A stretch of DNA of 32,000 nucleotides from Methylocaldum marinum (lineage in GTDB: Bacteria; Pseudomonadota; Gammaproteobacteria; Methylococcales; Methylococcaceae), in contig NZ_AP017928.1 in the NCBI RefSeq assembly GCF_003584645.1, forward strand, positions 4,446,833 to 4,478,832, given 5' to 3'. Below the pieces are notes generated by a model. The model did not search any database. It was not told the DNA's origin and worked only from the letters and a program-made list of their open reading frames with translations. Made by a program: the position numbers and the translations under genes. Shown piece by piece: positions 19,300 to 27,647 of this stretch (position 1 is its first letter; every line of letters begins with the position of its first letter).

Positions 19300-19836
19300 T
19301 TAGCGCTCGTAATACGCGCCCAGGCTGTAATACGCGGTTTCCAAGATAGGCAGCAGAATCCAGTCGTCATGAGGAAATCTCATGACCAGGAAAAAGCCCC
19401 AAATCGACAGCAAGGTGCCGACGTATTGCGGGTGGTTGAGAATTGAAAACGGAAAGGCGTTGCACCAGGGAACCTGATAACCCAGCTTGTTGCCGTAAAA
19501 TACCCCGGACGGCCCCAGGCGATAAAATACGCCGAAATTAAGTATCTGACCCATCAAAATCAGGCCGGCTCCCAGGCTCATCGGGAGGAGGCTGCCGGTG
19601 GGAAGCGGGATAAAGGTATTCCCGAGCAGCATGCACCAGGCCAGGAATACACCGATTTGCAGAATCTTGAATAGGTAAAATAATTTTTCGAGGACACCGA
19701 TCGGCTCCCCGAAGCGAGCGACTGCGGGATATTTGCAGATCGCCTTGAATATATCGGAATTATGCCAAATCCACAGGTAGGTTATTCGTTCGATAGCTAA
19801 TAATAGGGCTGCGGCCGGAAATAACCAAAACAGCAT
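19300..19836 (-). CDS. Phospholipid methyltransferase (PEMT/Opi3-like) family membrane protein
   Basis: Four hydrophobic helices. C-terminal VFYGNKLGYQVPWCNAFPFSILNHPQYVGTLLSIWGF resembles the PEMT signature. Converges on psd with a 4-bp gap. Confidence 0.7.
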   Translation of the reverse strand: MLFWLFPAAALLLAIERITYLWIWHNSDIFKAICKYPAVARFGEPIGVLEKLFYLFKILQIGVFLAWCMLLGNTFIPLPTGSLLPMSLGAGLILMGQILNFGVFYRLGPSGVFYGNKLGYQVPWCNAFPFSILNHPQYVGTLLSIWGFFLVMRFPHDDWILLPILETAYYSLGAYYER

Positions 19837-19966
19837 GATTTTTATTCTTGGAAAATAAAGGTTACCGAATTAAACAGAATCGGCGAGTGGATCGCAAGCG
19901 CGAAGGGCCTGTCCCGAGCCCGGTCGAAGGGCGGTTCCCGCCGGCCGCCGTCTCCTACAACCCGTA

Positions 19967-20211
19967 GTAGGGTGCGGTGAGGAACGAACCGCACCGATCG
20001 CGAACGATGCGGTTCCTTCGTCACCGCATCCTACGAGGTCTCGATTCGAACTGAAGACCACCGGCAGAGAATAGACGAAGGAACCCGTCTTATTCATCCG
20101 GCCCTTAAATACCCTATTGATTCCGTTCGGGCCGAGCTTGTCGAAGCCCCAAGCCGAGTGCCTTTCGACAAGCTCAGGGCGAACGTTATTTTGGGCCGGG
20201 TCAATAATGCT
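19967..20211. repeat. Array-terminal spacer: short REP, CRISPR-like remnant, 12-bp-stem hairpin
   Basis: REP gtagggtgcggtgagg...tcaccgcatcctac at 19967-20034. aggtctcgattcgaac at 20036-20051, then a 35-nt unique segment, then gtcttattcatcc at 20087. Hairpin gagcttgtcgaa/ttcgacaagctc at 20134-20175. Confidence 0.8.
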
Positions 20212-21009
20212 TTAGGGCTGGATCAGCAAGCCCCGGGGCAGGGTAGGGTGCTCCGCCGTGACCGCGAGCCCCCGGCGCAGGCCGAGATTGGCCAGGGCCA
20301 CGGCATAATCGCAGATGAATTCGAACGTCGTATTCTTGCCCTCGCCGCGGGCGTAACCCTGATAGATTTTCAGTTGCGCGGCCAGTCCCTCGTTGAAGCG
20401 CGCCGCGTCCCGCTCCAGGATGCCGGACAGAGCCGTGACGAGCGAGTGGTAGTTCCGGTCCGCCGCGCTTTTGGGCGGTTTGCGGGCGTAATCGTCGAAC
20501 TGCGCCTGCAGCCGCTGGCGGGCGTCTTCGAGGCGGTCCCGCACGGTGAAGGCCAGGGCATTGACATAGCGGTTGACATCGAGGCCGAGGCTGAAGCCGT
20601 CGGGGCGATCACGATACCCGCGTCCCAGTTCGACGGCGAGATCGAAATCGGCGGCCATCAGGGCGAAATTCAGGCCGTCGATGGCGATGGTTTCGCTTAC
20701 GGCGCTGAGGTCGGCTTTTTCCCCCTGATAATCGGGGTCCGTTTCGTCGTAAGCCATGCGGAAGCTTTTCAGGATGTGGCGGGCGGCATTGGCGAACTCG
20801 GCCCGGACCTCGGCGATCGGGTCGCCGTTCAGGAACTTGGCGCGGGCGAGGGAAGCATAAAGCATGGCCGTGCCCGTGTGAACACTCTCGATTGAAATGT
20901 TTTCCGCTTCGTAGAAACCGCTTTTGAAGTCTTCCTCCGTCTGCGTCAGTCCGTCTCTTGCCACCTTTAGCCAATGATCGATCTGCTGCTGTTCCGGTGT
21001 GTTGCTCAT
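20212..21009 (-). CDS. Putative immunity protein, unit 1 (265 aa; allele pattern a-1-1)
   Basis: Its ATG overlaps the stop of the upstream toxin-tip ORF (ATGA). One of 7 paralogs starting MSNTPEQQQIDHWL. The role is inferred from position downstream of the toxin-like domain. Confidence 0.75.
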   Translation of the reverse strand: MSNTPEQQQIDHWLKVARDGLTQTEEDFKSGFYEAENISIESVHTGTAMLYASLARAKFLNGDPIAEVRAEFANAARHILKSFRMAYDETDPDYQGEKADLSAVSETIAIDGLNFALMAADFDLAVELGRGYRDRPDGFSLGLDVNRYVNALAFTVRDRLEDARQRLQAQFDDYARKPPKSAADRNYHSLVTALSGILERDAARFNEGLAAQLKIYQGYARGEGKNTTFEFICDYAVALANLGLRRGLAVTAEHPTLPRGLLIQP

Positions 21010-21401
21010 TTGAACGCCTCTCCGATTACCTGTTTCAGTTCGTTGAAGTTTTCCAGCTCGAATTCGTCCAGGGTTTGGGCGATGTTGCCGTCCGCATCGC
21101 GTTCGAACACGCGCACCCGGCCGGTGTCGGTATTGGTGTGAACGGAGATGTGCTGTTTGTTGCCTTGTTTACGTATTACCTCTCCCCACAAATCGATCTC
21201 CTCCGCCGTGTACGGTCCGCCCTGGCGATTGGAGGGAAGGCCGACCTTCCGGGCCTTGTCTTCAGTCATCAACCGGGCTCTGCTGCGGTTCTTCGCTCGG
21301 GAGCCCTGCCGGTTCCCGTTGATATCCAGCGCCACCGACGTGCTGTCCCGGTTGTTGCCCTTGGCCTCCCACTCGGCCAGCCGGCCGTCCTTCTTCGTCA
21401 T
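21006..21401 (-). CDS. Orphan toxin C-terminal domain cassette, unit 1 (131 aa, variant A)
   Basis: Homologous to the last ~132 aa of the 428-aa gene at 29934-31220. Begins MTKKDGRLAEWEAKGNN. No obvious Shine-Dalgarno, so possibly a silent cassette. Confidence 0.7.
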   Translation of the reverse strand: MTKKDGRLAEWEAKGNNRDSTSVALDINGNRQGSRAKNRSRARLMTEDKARKVGLPSNRQGGPYTAEEIDLWGEVIRKQGNKQHISVHTNTDTGRVRVFERDADGNIAQTLDEFELENFNELKQVIGEAFK

Positions 21402-21697
21402 GTCGTCCGGGCCGTGGTAGCCCGTAGGGTGCGGTGAGGCGCGAACCGCACCGATGGCGCCGGCGAACGGTGCCTGTCCTGAGCGGTGAATGATGCGGTT
21501 CCTTCGTCACCGCATCCTGCGAGGTCTCGATTCGAACCGAAGATGACCGGCAGAGAATAGAAGAAGGAACCCGTCTGATTAATCCGGCCCTTAAATACGC
21601 TATTGATTCCGTTCGGGCCGAGCTTGCCGAAGCCCCAAGCCGAGTGCCTTTCGACAAGCTCAGGGCGAACGTTATTTTGGGCCGGGTCAATAATGCT
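21402..21697. repeat. Inter-cassette spacer: 20-nt coding-homology handle, 97-bp REP, CRISPR-like remnant, hairpin
   Basis: Handle gtcgtccgggccgtggtagc. REP at 21424-21520. aggtctcgattcgaac at 21522, then 35 nt, then gtctgattaatcc. Hairpin gagcttgccgaa/ttcgacaagctc. Confidence 0.8.
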
Positions 21698-22495
21698 TTA
21701 GGGCTGGATCAGCAAGCCCCGGGGCAGGGTAGGGTGCTCCGCCGTGACCTCGAGCCCCCGGCGCAGGCCGAGATTGGCCAGGGCCACGGCATAATCGCAG
21801 ATGAATTCGAACGTCGTATTCTTGCCCTCGCCGCGGGCGTAACCCTGATAGATTTTCAGTTGCGCGGCCAGTCCCTCGTTGAAGCGCGCCGCGTCCCGCT
21901 CCAGGATGCCGGACAGAGCCGTGACGAGCGAGTGGTAGTTCCGGTCCGCCGCGCTTTTGGGCGGTTTGCGGGCGTAATCGTCGAACTGCGCCTGCAGCCG
22001 CTGGCGGGCGTCTTCGAGGCGGTCCCGCACGGTGAAGGCCAGGGCATTGACATAGCGGTTGACATCGAGGCCGAGGCTGAAGCCGTCGGGGCGATCACGA
22101 TACCCGCGTCCCAGTTCGACGGCGAGATCGAAATCGGCGGCCATCAGGGCGAAATTCAGGCCGTCGATGGCGATGGTTTCGCTTACGGCGCTGAGGTCGG
22201 CTTTTTCCCCCTGATAATCGGGGTCCGTTTCGTCGTAAGCCATGCGGAAGCTTTTCAGGATGTGGCGGGCGGCATTGGCGAACTCGGCCCGGACCTCGGC
22301 GATCGGGTCGCCGTTCAGGAACTTGGCGCGGGCGAGGGAAGCATAAAGCATGGCCGTGCCCGTGTGAACACTCTCGATTGAAATGTTTTCCGCTTCGTAG
22401 AAACCGCTTTTGAAGTCTTCCTCCGTCTGCGTCAGTCCGTCTCTTGCCACCTTTAGCCAATGATCGATCTGCTGCTGTTCCGGTGTGTTGCTCAT
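21698..22495 (-). CDS. Putative immunity protein, unit 2 (265 aa; a-1-1, one residue different from unit 1)
   Basis: Identical to unit 1 except LEVTAEH versus LAVTAEH near the C-terminus. Confidence 0.75.
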   Translation of the reverse strand: MSNTPEQQQIDHWLKVARDGLTQTEEDFKSGFYEAENISIESVHTGTAMLYASLARAKFLNGDPIAEVRAEFANAARHILKSFRMAYDETDPDYQGEKADLSAVSETIAIDGLNFALMAADFDLAVELGRGYRDRPDGFSLGLDVNRYVNALAFTVRDRLEDARQRLQAQFDDYARKPPKSAADRNYHSLVTALSGILERDAARFNEGLAAQLKIYQGYARGEGKNTTFEFICDYAVALANLGLRRGLEVTAEHPTLPRGLLIQP

Positions 22496-22887
22496 TTGAA
22501 CGCCTCTCCGATTACCTGTTTCAGTTCGTTGAAGTTTTCCAGCTCGAATTCGTCCAGGGTTTGGGCGATGTTGCCGTCCGCATCGCGTTCGAACACGCGC
22601 ACCCGGCCGGTGTCGGTATTGGTGTGAACGGAGATGTGCTGTTTGTTGCCTTGTTTACGTATTACCTCTCCCCACAAATCGATCTCCTCCGCCGTGTACG
22701 GTCCGCCCTGGCGATTGGAGGGAAGGCCGACCTTCCGGGCCTTGTCTTCAGTCATCAACCGGGCTCTGCTGCGGTTCTTCGCTCGGGAGCCCTGCCGGTT
22801 CCCGTTGATATCCAGCGCCACCGACGTGCTGTCCCGGTTGTTGCCCTTGGCCTCCCACTCGGCCAGCCGGCCGTCCTTCTTCGTCAT
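22492..22887 (-). CDS. Orphan toxin C-terminal domain cassette, unit 2 (131 aa, variant A)
   Basis: Protein identical to the unit 1 cassette. ATGA overlap with the downstream gene. Confidence 0.7.
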   Translation of the reverse strand: MTKKDGRLAEWEAKGNNRDSTSVALDINGNRQGSRAKNRSRARLMTEDKARKVGLPSNRQGGPYTAEEIDLWGEVIRKQGNKQHISVHTNTDTGRVRVFERDADGNIAQTLDEFELENFNELKQVIGEAFK

Positions 22888-23183
22888 GTCGTCCGGGCCG
22901 TGGTAGCCCGTAGGGTGCGGTGAGGCGCGAACCGCACCGATGGCGCCGGCGAACGGTGCCTGTCCTGAGCGGTGAATGATGCGGTTCCTTCGTCACCGCA
23001 TCCTGCGAGGTCTCGATTCGAACCGAAGATGACCGGCAGAGAATAGAAGAAGGAACCCGTCTGATTAATCCGGCCCTTAAATACGCTATTGATTCCGTTC
23101 GGGCCGAGCTTGCCGAAGCCCCAAGCCGAGTGCCTTTCGACAAGCTCAGGGCGAACGTTATTTTGGGCCGGGTCAATAATGCT
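22888..23183. repeat. Inter-cassette spacer (handle, REP, CRISPR-like remnant, hairpin)
   Basis: REP at 22910-23006. aggtctcgattcgaac at 23008. Same b-type variant as 21402-21697. Confidence 0.8.
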
Positions 23184-23984
23184 TTAGGGCTGGATCAGCA
23201 AGCCCCGGGGCAGGGTAGGGTGCTCCGCCGTGACCTCGAGCCCCCGGCGCAGGCCGAGATTGGCCAAGGCGACGGCGTGATCGCAGATGAATTCCTCGTC
23301 GGTGTTCCGGGCCTCGCCGCGGGCGTAACTCTGATAGATTTTCAGTTGCGCGGCCAGTCCCTCGTTGAAGCGGGCTTCGTTCGTGTCCGCAATGCCGGAT
23401 AGAGCCGTGCTCAAGGTGAAGTAGTTCTTGCGATAATCGTTGCGCTTGGATGGCTTGGCCGCATACGCATCGATCTGAGCCGACAACAGCCCGCGGGCCT
23501 GCGGCAGGTCGTCGAGTACGACGGATTTGAGGGCATTGACATAGCGGTTGACATCGAGGCCGAGGCTGAAGCCGTCGGGGCGATCACGATACCCGCGTCC
23601 CAGTTCGACGGCGAGATCGAAATCGGCGGCCATCAGGGCGAAATTCAGGCCGTCGATGGCGATGGTTTCGCTTACGGCGCTGAGGTCGGCTTTTTCCCCC
23701 TGATAATCGGGGTCCGTTTCGTCGTAGGCCATGCGGAAGCTTTTCAGGATGTGGCGGGCGGCATTGGCGAACTCGGCCCGGACCTCGGCGATCGGGTCGC
23801 CGTTCAGGAACTTGGCGCGGGCGAGGGAAGCATAAAGCATGGCCGTGCCCGTGTGAACACTCTCGATTGAAATGTTTTCCGCTTCGTAGAAACCGCTTTT
23901 GAAGTCTTCCTCCGTCTGCGTCAGTCCGTCTCTTGCCACCTTTAGCCAATGATCGATCTGCTGCTGTTCCGGTGTGTTGCTCAT
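23184..23984 (-). CDS. Putative immunity protein, unit 3 (266 aa; a-1-2)
   Basis: N-terminal two thirds match units 1 and 2. The C-terminal third switches to ..KSVVLDDLPQARGLLSAQIDAYAAKPSKRNDYRKNYF... Confidence 0.75.
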   Translation of the reverse strand: MSNTPEQQQIDHWLKVARDGLTQTEEDFKSGFYEAENISIESVHTGTAMLYASLARAKFLNGDPIAEVRAEFANAARHILKSFRMAYDETDPDYQGEKADLSAVSETIAIDGLNFALMAADFDLAVELGRGYRDRPDGFSLGLDVNRYVNALKSVVLDDLPQARGLLSAQIDAYAAKPSKRNDYRKNYFTLSTALSGIADTNEARFNEGLAAQLKIYQSYARGEARNTDEEFICDHAVALANLGLRRGLEVTAEHPTLPRGLLIQP

Positions 23985-24376
23985 TTGAACGCCTCTCCGA
24001 TTACCTGTTTCAGTTCGTTGAAGTTTTCCAGCTCGAATTCGTCCAGGGTTTGGGTGATATTGCCTCTGTGGTCGCGTTCGAACACGCGCACCCGGCCGGT
24101 GTCGGTATTGGTGTGAACGGAGATGTGCTGTTTGTTGCCTTGTTTACGTATTACCTCTCCCCACAAATCGATCTCCTCCGCCGTGTACGGTCCGCCCTGG
24201 CGGTTGGAGGGAAGGCCGACCTTCCGGGCCTTGTCGCGGGTCATCAACTGGGCTCGGACGAGGTTCTTGTCACGCGAGCCCTGCCGGTTCCCGTTGATAT
24301 CCAGCGCCACCGACGTGCTGTCCCGGTTGTTGCCCTTGGCCTCCCACTCGGCCAGCCGGCCGTCCTTCTTCGTCAT
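23981..24376 (-). CDS. Orphan toxin C-terminal domain cassette, unit 3 (131 aa, variant B, a hybrid of A and C patches)
   Basis: Patch 1 DKNLVRAQLMTRDKARK (C-like), patch 2 VIRKQGN (A-like), patch 3 DHRGNITQ (C-like). Confidence 0.7.
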   Translation of the reverse strand: MTKKDGRLAEWEAKGNNRDSTSVALDINGNRQGSRDKNLVRAQLMTRDKARKVGLPSNRQGGPYTAEEIDLWGEVIRKQGNKQHISVHTNTDTGRVRVFERDHRGNITQTLDEFELENFNELKQVIGEAFK

Positions 24377-24672
24377 GTCGTCCGGGCCGTGGTAGCCCGT
24401 AGGGTGCGGTGAGGCGCGAACCGCACCGATGGCGCCGGCGAACGGTGCCTGTCCTGAGCGGTGAATGATGCGGTTCCTTCGTCACCGCATCCTACGAGGT
24501 CTCGATTCGAACTGAAGACCACCGGCAGAGAATAGACGAAGGAACCCGTCTTATTCATCCGGCCCTTAAATACCCTATTGATTCCGTTCGGGCCGAGCTT
24601 GTCGAAGCCCCAAGCCGAGTGCCTTTCGACAAGCTCAGGGCGAACGTTATTTTGGGCCGGGTCAATAATGCT
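24377..24672. repeat. Inter-cassette spacer (handle, REP, CRISPR-like remnant, hairpin)
   Basis: REP at 24399-24495. aggtctcgattcgaac at 24497, then 35 nt, then gtcttattcatcc. Confidence 0.8.
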
Positions 24673-25473
24673 TTAGGGCTGGATCAGCAAGCCTCGGGGC
24701 AGGGTAGGGTGCTCCGCCGTGACCGCGAGTCCCCGGCGCAGGCCGAGATTGGCCAAGGCGACGGCGTGATCGCAGATGAATTCCTCGTCGGTGTTCCGGG
24801 CCTCGCCGCGGGCGTAACTCTGATAGATTTTCAGTTGCGCGGCCAGTCCCTCGTTGAAGCGGGCTTCGTTCGTGTCCGCAATGCCGGATAGAGCCGTGCT
24901 CAAGGTGAAGTAGTTCTTGCGATAATCGTTGCGCTTGGATGGCTTGGCCGCATACGCATCGATCTGAGCCGACAACAGCCCGCGGGCCTGCGGCAGGTCG
25001 TCGAGTACGACGGATTTGAGGGCATTGACATAGCGGTTGACATCGAGGCCGAGGCTGAAGCCGTCGGGCGAATCCCGATACCCGCGTCCCAGTTCGACGG
25101 CGAGATCGAAATCGGCGGCCATGAACGCGTGATTGAAGCCTCGTATGGCGATGGTTTCGCTTACGGCGCTGAGGTCGGCTTTTTCCCCCTGATAATCGGG
25201 GTCCGTTTCGTCGTAGGCCATGCGGAAGCTTTTCAGGATGTGGCGGGCGGCATTGGCGAACTCGGCCCGGACCTCGGCGATCGGGTCGCCGTTCAGGAAC
25301 TTGGCGCGGGCGAGGGAAGCGTGATCTCCCGCAACCGCCGTGTGAACGCATTGCAAGGACACACCATGTTTTTCATGAAACCCTTCCCTGTTCAACCGCC
25401 AGGTCCGTTCAATTTGGTAGCGGGCATTGTTCAGCCAATGATCGATCTGCTGCTGTTCCGGTGTGTTGCTCAT
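24673..25473 (-). CDS. Putative immunity protein, unit 4 (266 aa; b-1'-2)
   Basis: New N-terminal segment NNARYQIERTWRLNREGFHEKHGVSLQCVHTAVAGDHASLA. Middle segment is a hybrid (..IAIRGFNHAFMAADFDLAVELG..). C-terminal third matches unit 3. Confidence 0.75.
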   Translation of the reverse strand: MSNTPEQQQIDHWLNNARYQIERTWRLNREGFHEKHGVSLQCVHTAVAGDHASLARAKFLNGDPIAEVRAEFANAARHILKSFRMAYDETDPDYQGEKADLSAVSETIAIRGFNHAFMAADFDLAVELGRGYRDSPDGFSLGLDVNRYVNALKSVVLDDLPQARGLLSAQIDAYAAKPSKRNDYRKNYFTLSTALSGIADTNEARFNEGLAAQLKIYQSYARGEARNTDEEFICDHAVALANLGLRRGLAVTAEHPTLPRGLLIQP

Positions 25474-25865
25474 TTGAACGCCTCTCCGATTACCTGTTTC
25501 AGTTCGTTGAAGTTTTCCAGCTCGAATTCGTCCAGGGTTTGGGTGATATTGCCTCTGTGGTCGCGTTCGAACACGCGCACCCGGCCGGTGTCGGTATTGG
25601 TGTGAACGGAGATGTGCTGTTTGTCGCCGCCCAATTCGTCAATCTCGCCCCACAGATCGATCTCCTCCGCCGTGTACGGTCCGCCCTGGCGGTCGGAAGG
25701 GAGGCCGGCCTTCCGGGCCTTGTCGCGGGTCATCAACTGGGCTCGGACGAGGTTCTTGTCACGCGAGCCCTGCCGGTTCCTGTTGATATCCAGCGCCACC
25801 GACGTGCTGTCCTGGTTGTTGCCCTTGGCCTCCCACTCGGCCAGCCGGCCGTCCTTCTTCGTCAT
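25470..25865 (-). CDS. Orphan toxin C-terminal domain cassette, unit 4 (131 aa, variant C)
   Basis: Variant C: NNQDSTS, INRNRQGSRDKNLVRAQLMTRDKARKAGLPSD, IDELGGD, DHRGNITQ. Confidence 0.7.
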   Translation of the reverse strand: MTKKDGRLAEWEAKGNNQDSTSVALDINRNRQGSRDKNLVRAQLMTRDKARKAGLPSDRQGGPYTAEEIDLWGEIDELGGDKQHISVHTNTDTGRVRVFERDHRGNITQTLDEFELENFNELKQVIGEAFK

Positions 25866-26161
25866 GTCGTCCGGGCCGTGGTAGCCCGTAGGGTGCGGTG
25901 AGGCGCGAACCGCACCGATGGCGCCGGCGAACGGTGCCTGTCCTGAGCGGTGAATGATGCGGTTCCTTCGTCACCGCATCCTACGAGGTCTCGATTCGAA
26001 CTGAAGACGACCGGCAGAGAATAGACGAAGGAACCCGTCTTATTCATCCGGCCCTTAAATACCCTATTGATTCCGTTCGGGCCGAGCTTGTCGAAGCCCC
26101 AAGCCGAGTGCCTTTCGACAAGCTCAGGGCGAACGTTATTTTGGGCCGGGTCAATAATGCT
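25866..26161. repeat. Inter-cassette spacer (handle, REP, CRISPR-like remnant, hairpin)
   Basis: REP at 25888-25984. aggtctcgattcgaac at 25986. Confidence 0.8.
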
Positions 26162-26959
26162 TTAGGGCTGGATCAGCAAGCCTCGGGGCAGGGTAGGGTG
26201 CTCCGCCGTGACCGCGAGCCCCCGGCGCAGGCCGAGATTGGCCAGGGCCACGGCATAATCGCAGATGAATTCGAACGTCGTATTCTTGCCCTCGCCGCGG
26301 GCGTAACCCTGATAGATTTTCAGTTGCGCGGCCAGTCCCTCGTTGAAGCGCGCCGCGTCCCGCTCCAGGATGCCGGACAGAGCCGTGACGAGCGAGTGGT
26401 AGTTCCGGTCCGCCGCGCTTTTGGGCGGTTTGCGGGCGTAATCGTCGAACTGCGCCTGCAGCCGCTGGCGGGCGTCTTCGAGGCGGTCCCGCACGGTGAA
26501 GGCCAGGGCATTGACATAGCGGTTGACATCGAGGCCGAGGCTGAAGCCGTCGGGGCGATCACGATACCCGCGTCCCAGTTCGACGGCGAGATCGAAATCG
26601 GCGGCCATCAGGGCGAAATTCAGGCCGTCGATGGCGATGGTTTCGCTTACGGCGCTGAGGTCGGCTTTTTCCCCCTGATAATCGGGGTCCGTTTCGTCGT
26701 AAGCCATGCGGAAGCTTTTCAGGATGTGGCGGGCGGCATTGGCGAACTCGGCCCGGACCTCGGCGATCGGGTCGCCGTTCAGGAACTTGGCGCGGGCGAG
26801 GGAAGCGTGCATTCCAGCCAGGGTGCAATACATTCCTTGAATCGGCAGGTTTTCCCGAGCGTAGAAGCCCGAGCGATAGAGTTCCCACTTTTCCGTAATG
26901 CCTTCCTGCGATACCGCGAGCCAATGATCGATCTGCTGCTGTTCCGGTGTGTTGCTCAT
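26162..26959 (-). CDS. Putative immunity protein, unit 5 (265 aa; c-1-1)
   Basis: Unique N-terminal segment AVSQEGITEKWELYRSGFYARENLPIQGMYCTLAGMHASLA. The remainder matches unit 1. Confidence 0.75.
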   Translation of the reverse strand: MSNTPEQQQIDHWLAVSQEGITEKWELYRSGFYARENLPIQGMYCTLAGMHASLARAKFLNGDPIAEVRAEFANAARHILKSFRMAYDETDPDYQGEKADLSAVSETIAIDGLNFALMAADFDLAVELGRGYRDRPDGFSLGLDVNRYVNALAFTVRDRLEDARQRLQAQFDDYARKPPKSAADRNYHSLVTALSGILERDAARFNEGLAAQLKIYQGYARGEGKNTTFEFICDYAVALANLGLRRGLAVTAEHPTLPRGLLIQP

Positions 26960-27351
26960 TTGAACGCCTCTCCGATTACCTGTTTCAGTTCGTTGAAGTT
27001 TTCCAGCTCGAATTCGTCCAGGGTTTGGGTGATATTGCCTCTGTGGTCGCGTTCGAACACGCGCACCCGGCCGGTGTCGGTATTGGTGTGAACGGAGATG
27101 TGCTGTTTGTCGCCGCCCAATTCGTCAATCTCGCCCCACAGATCGATCTCCTCCGCCGTGTACGGTCCGCCCTGGCGGTCGGAAGGGAGGCCGGCCTTCC
27201 GGGCCTTGTCGCGGGTCATCAACTGGGCTCGGACGAGGTTCTTGTCACGCGAGCCCTGCCGGTTCCTGTTGATATCCAGCGCCACCGACGTGCTGTCCTG
27301 GTTGTTGCCCTTGGCCTCCCACTCGGCCAGCCGGCCGTCCTTCTTCGTCAT
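26956..27351 (-). CDS. Orphan toxin C-terminal domain cassette, unit 5 (131 aa, variant C)
   Basis: Protein identical to the unit 4 and unit 6 cassettes. Confidence 0.7.
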   Translation of the reverse strand: MTKKDGRLAEWEAKGNNQDSTSVALDINRNRQGSRDKNLVRAQLMTRDKARKAGLPSDRQGGPYTAEEIDLWGEIDELGGDKQHISVHTNTDTGRVRVFERDHRGNITQTLDEFELENFNELKQVIGEAFK

Positions 27352-27647
27352 GTCGTCCGGGCCGTGGTAGCCCGTAGGGTGCGGTGAGGCGCGAACCGCA
27401 CCGATGGCGCCGGCGAACGGTGCCTGTCCTGAGCGGTGAATGATGCGGTTCCTTCGTCACCGCATCCTACGAGGTCTCGATTCGAACTGAAGACGACCGG
27501 CAGAGAATAGACGAAGGAACCCGTCTTATTCATCCGGCCCTTAAATACCCTATTGATTCCGTTCGGGCCGAGCTTGTCGAAGCCCCAAGCCGAGTGCCTT
27601 TCGACAAGCTCAGGGCGAACGTTATTTTGGGCCGGGTCAATAATGCT
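27352..27647. repeat. Inter-cassette spacer (handle, REP, CRISPR-like remnant, hairpin)
   Basis: REP at 27374-27470. aggtctcgattcgaac at 27472. Confidence 0.8.

Noticed and set aside
20030-20060. tRNA-like T-arm resemblance of ggtctcgattcgaac in the spacers.
   Set aside because: No acceptor stem, anticodon arm or D-arm can be folded around it. The similarity to the adjacent CRISPR repeat explains it better.
20158-27091. Long plus-strand ORFs inside the cassette array (for example 245 aa at 20158-20895, 21644-22381 and 327 aa at 26108-27091, and the 146-159 aa ORFs at 20958, 22444, 23933, 25461, 26947 and 28436).
   Set aside because: They are antisense to the minus-strand genes, which have ATGA-coupled starts and stops and conserved protein blocks. 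Their translations are low-complexity Gly/Ala/Arg/Val-rich, as expected for shadow ORFs in GC-rich DNA. Some also run through REP elements.
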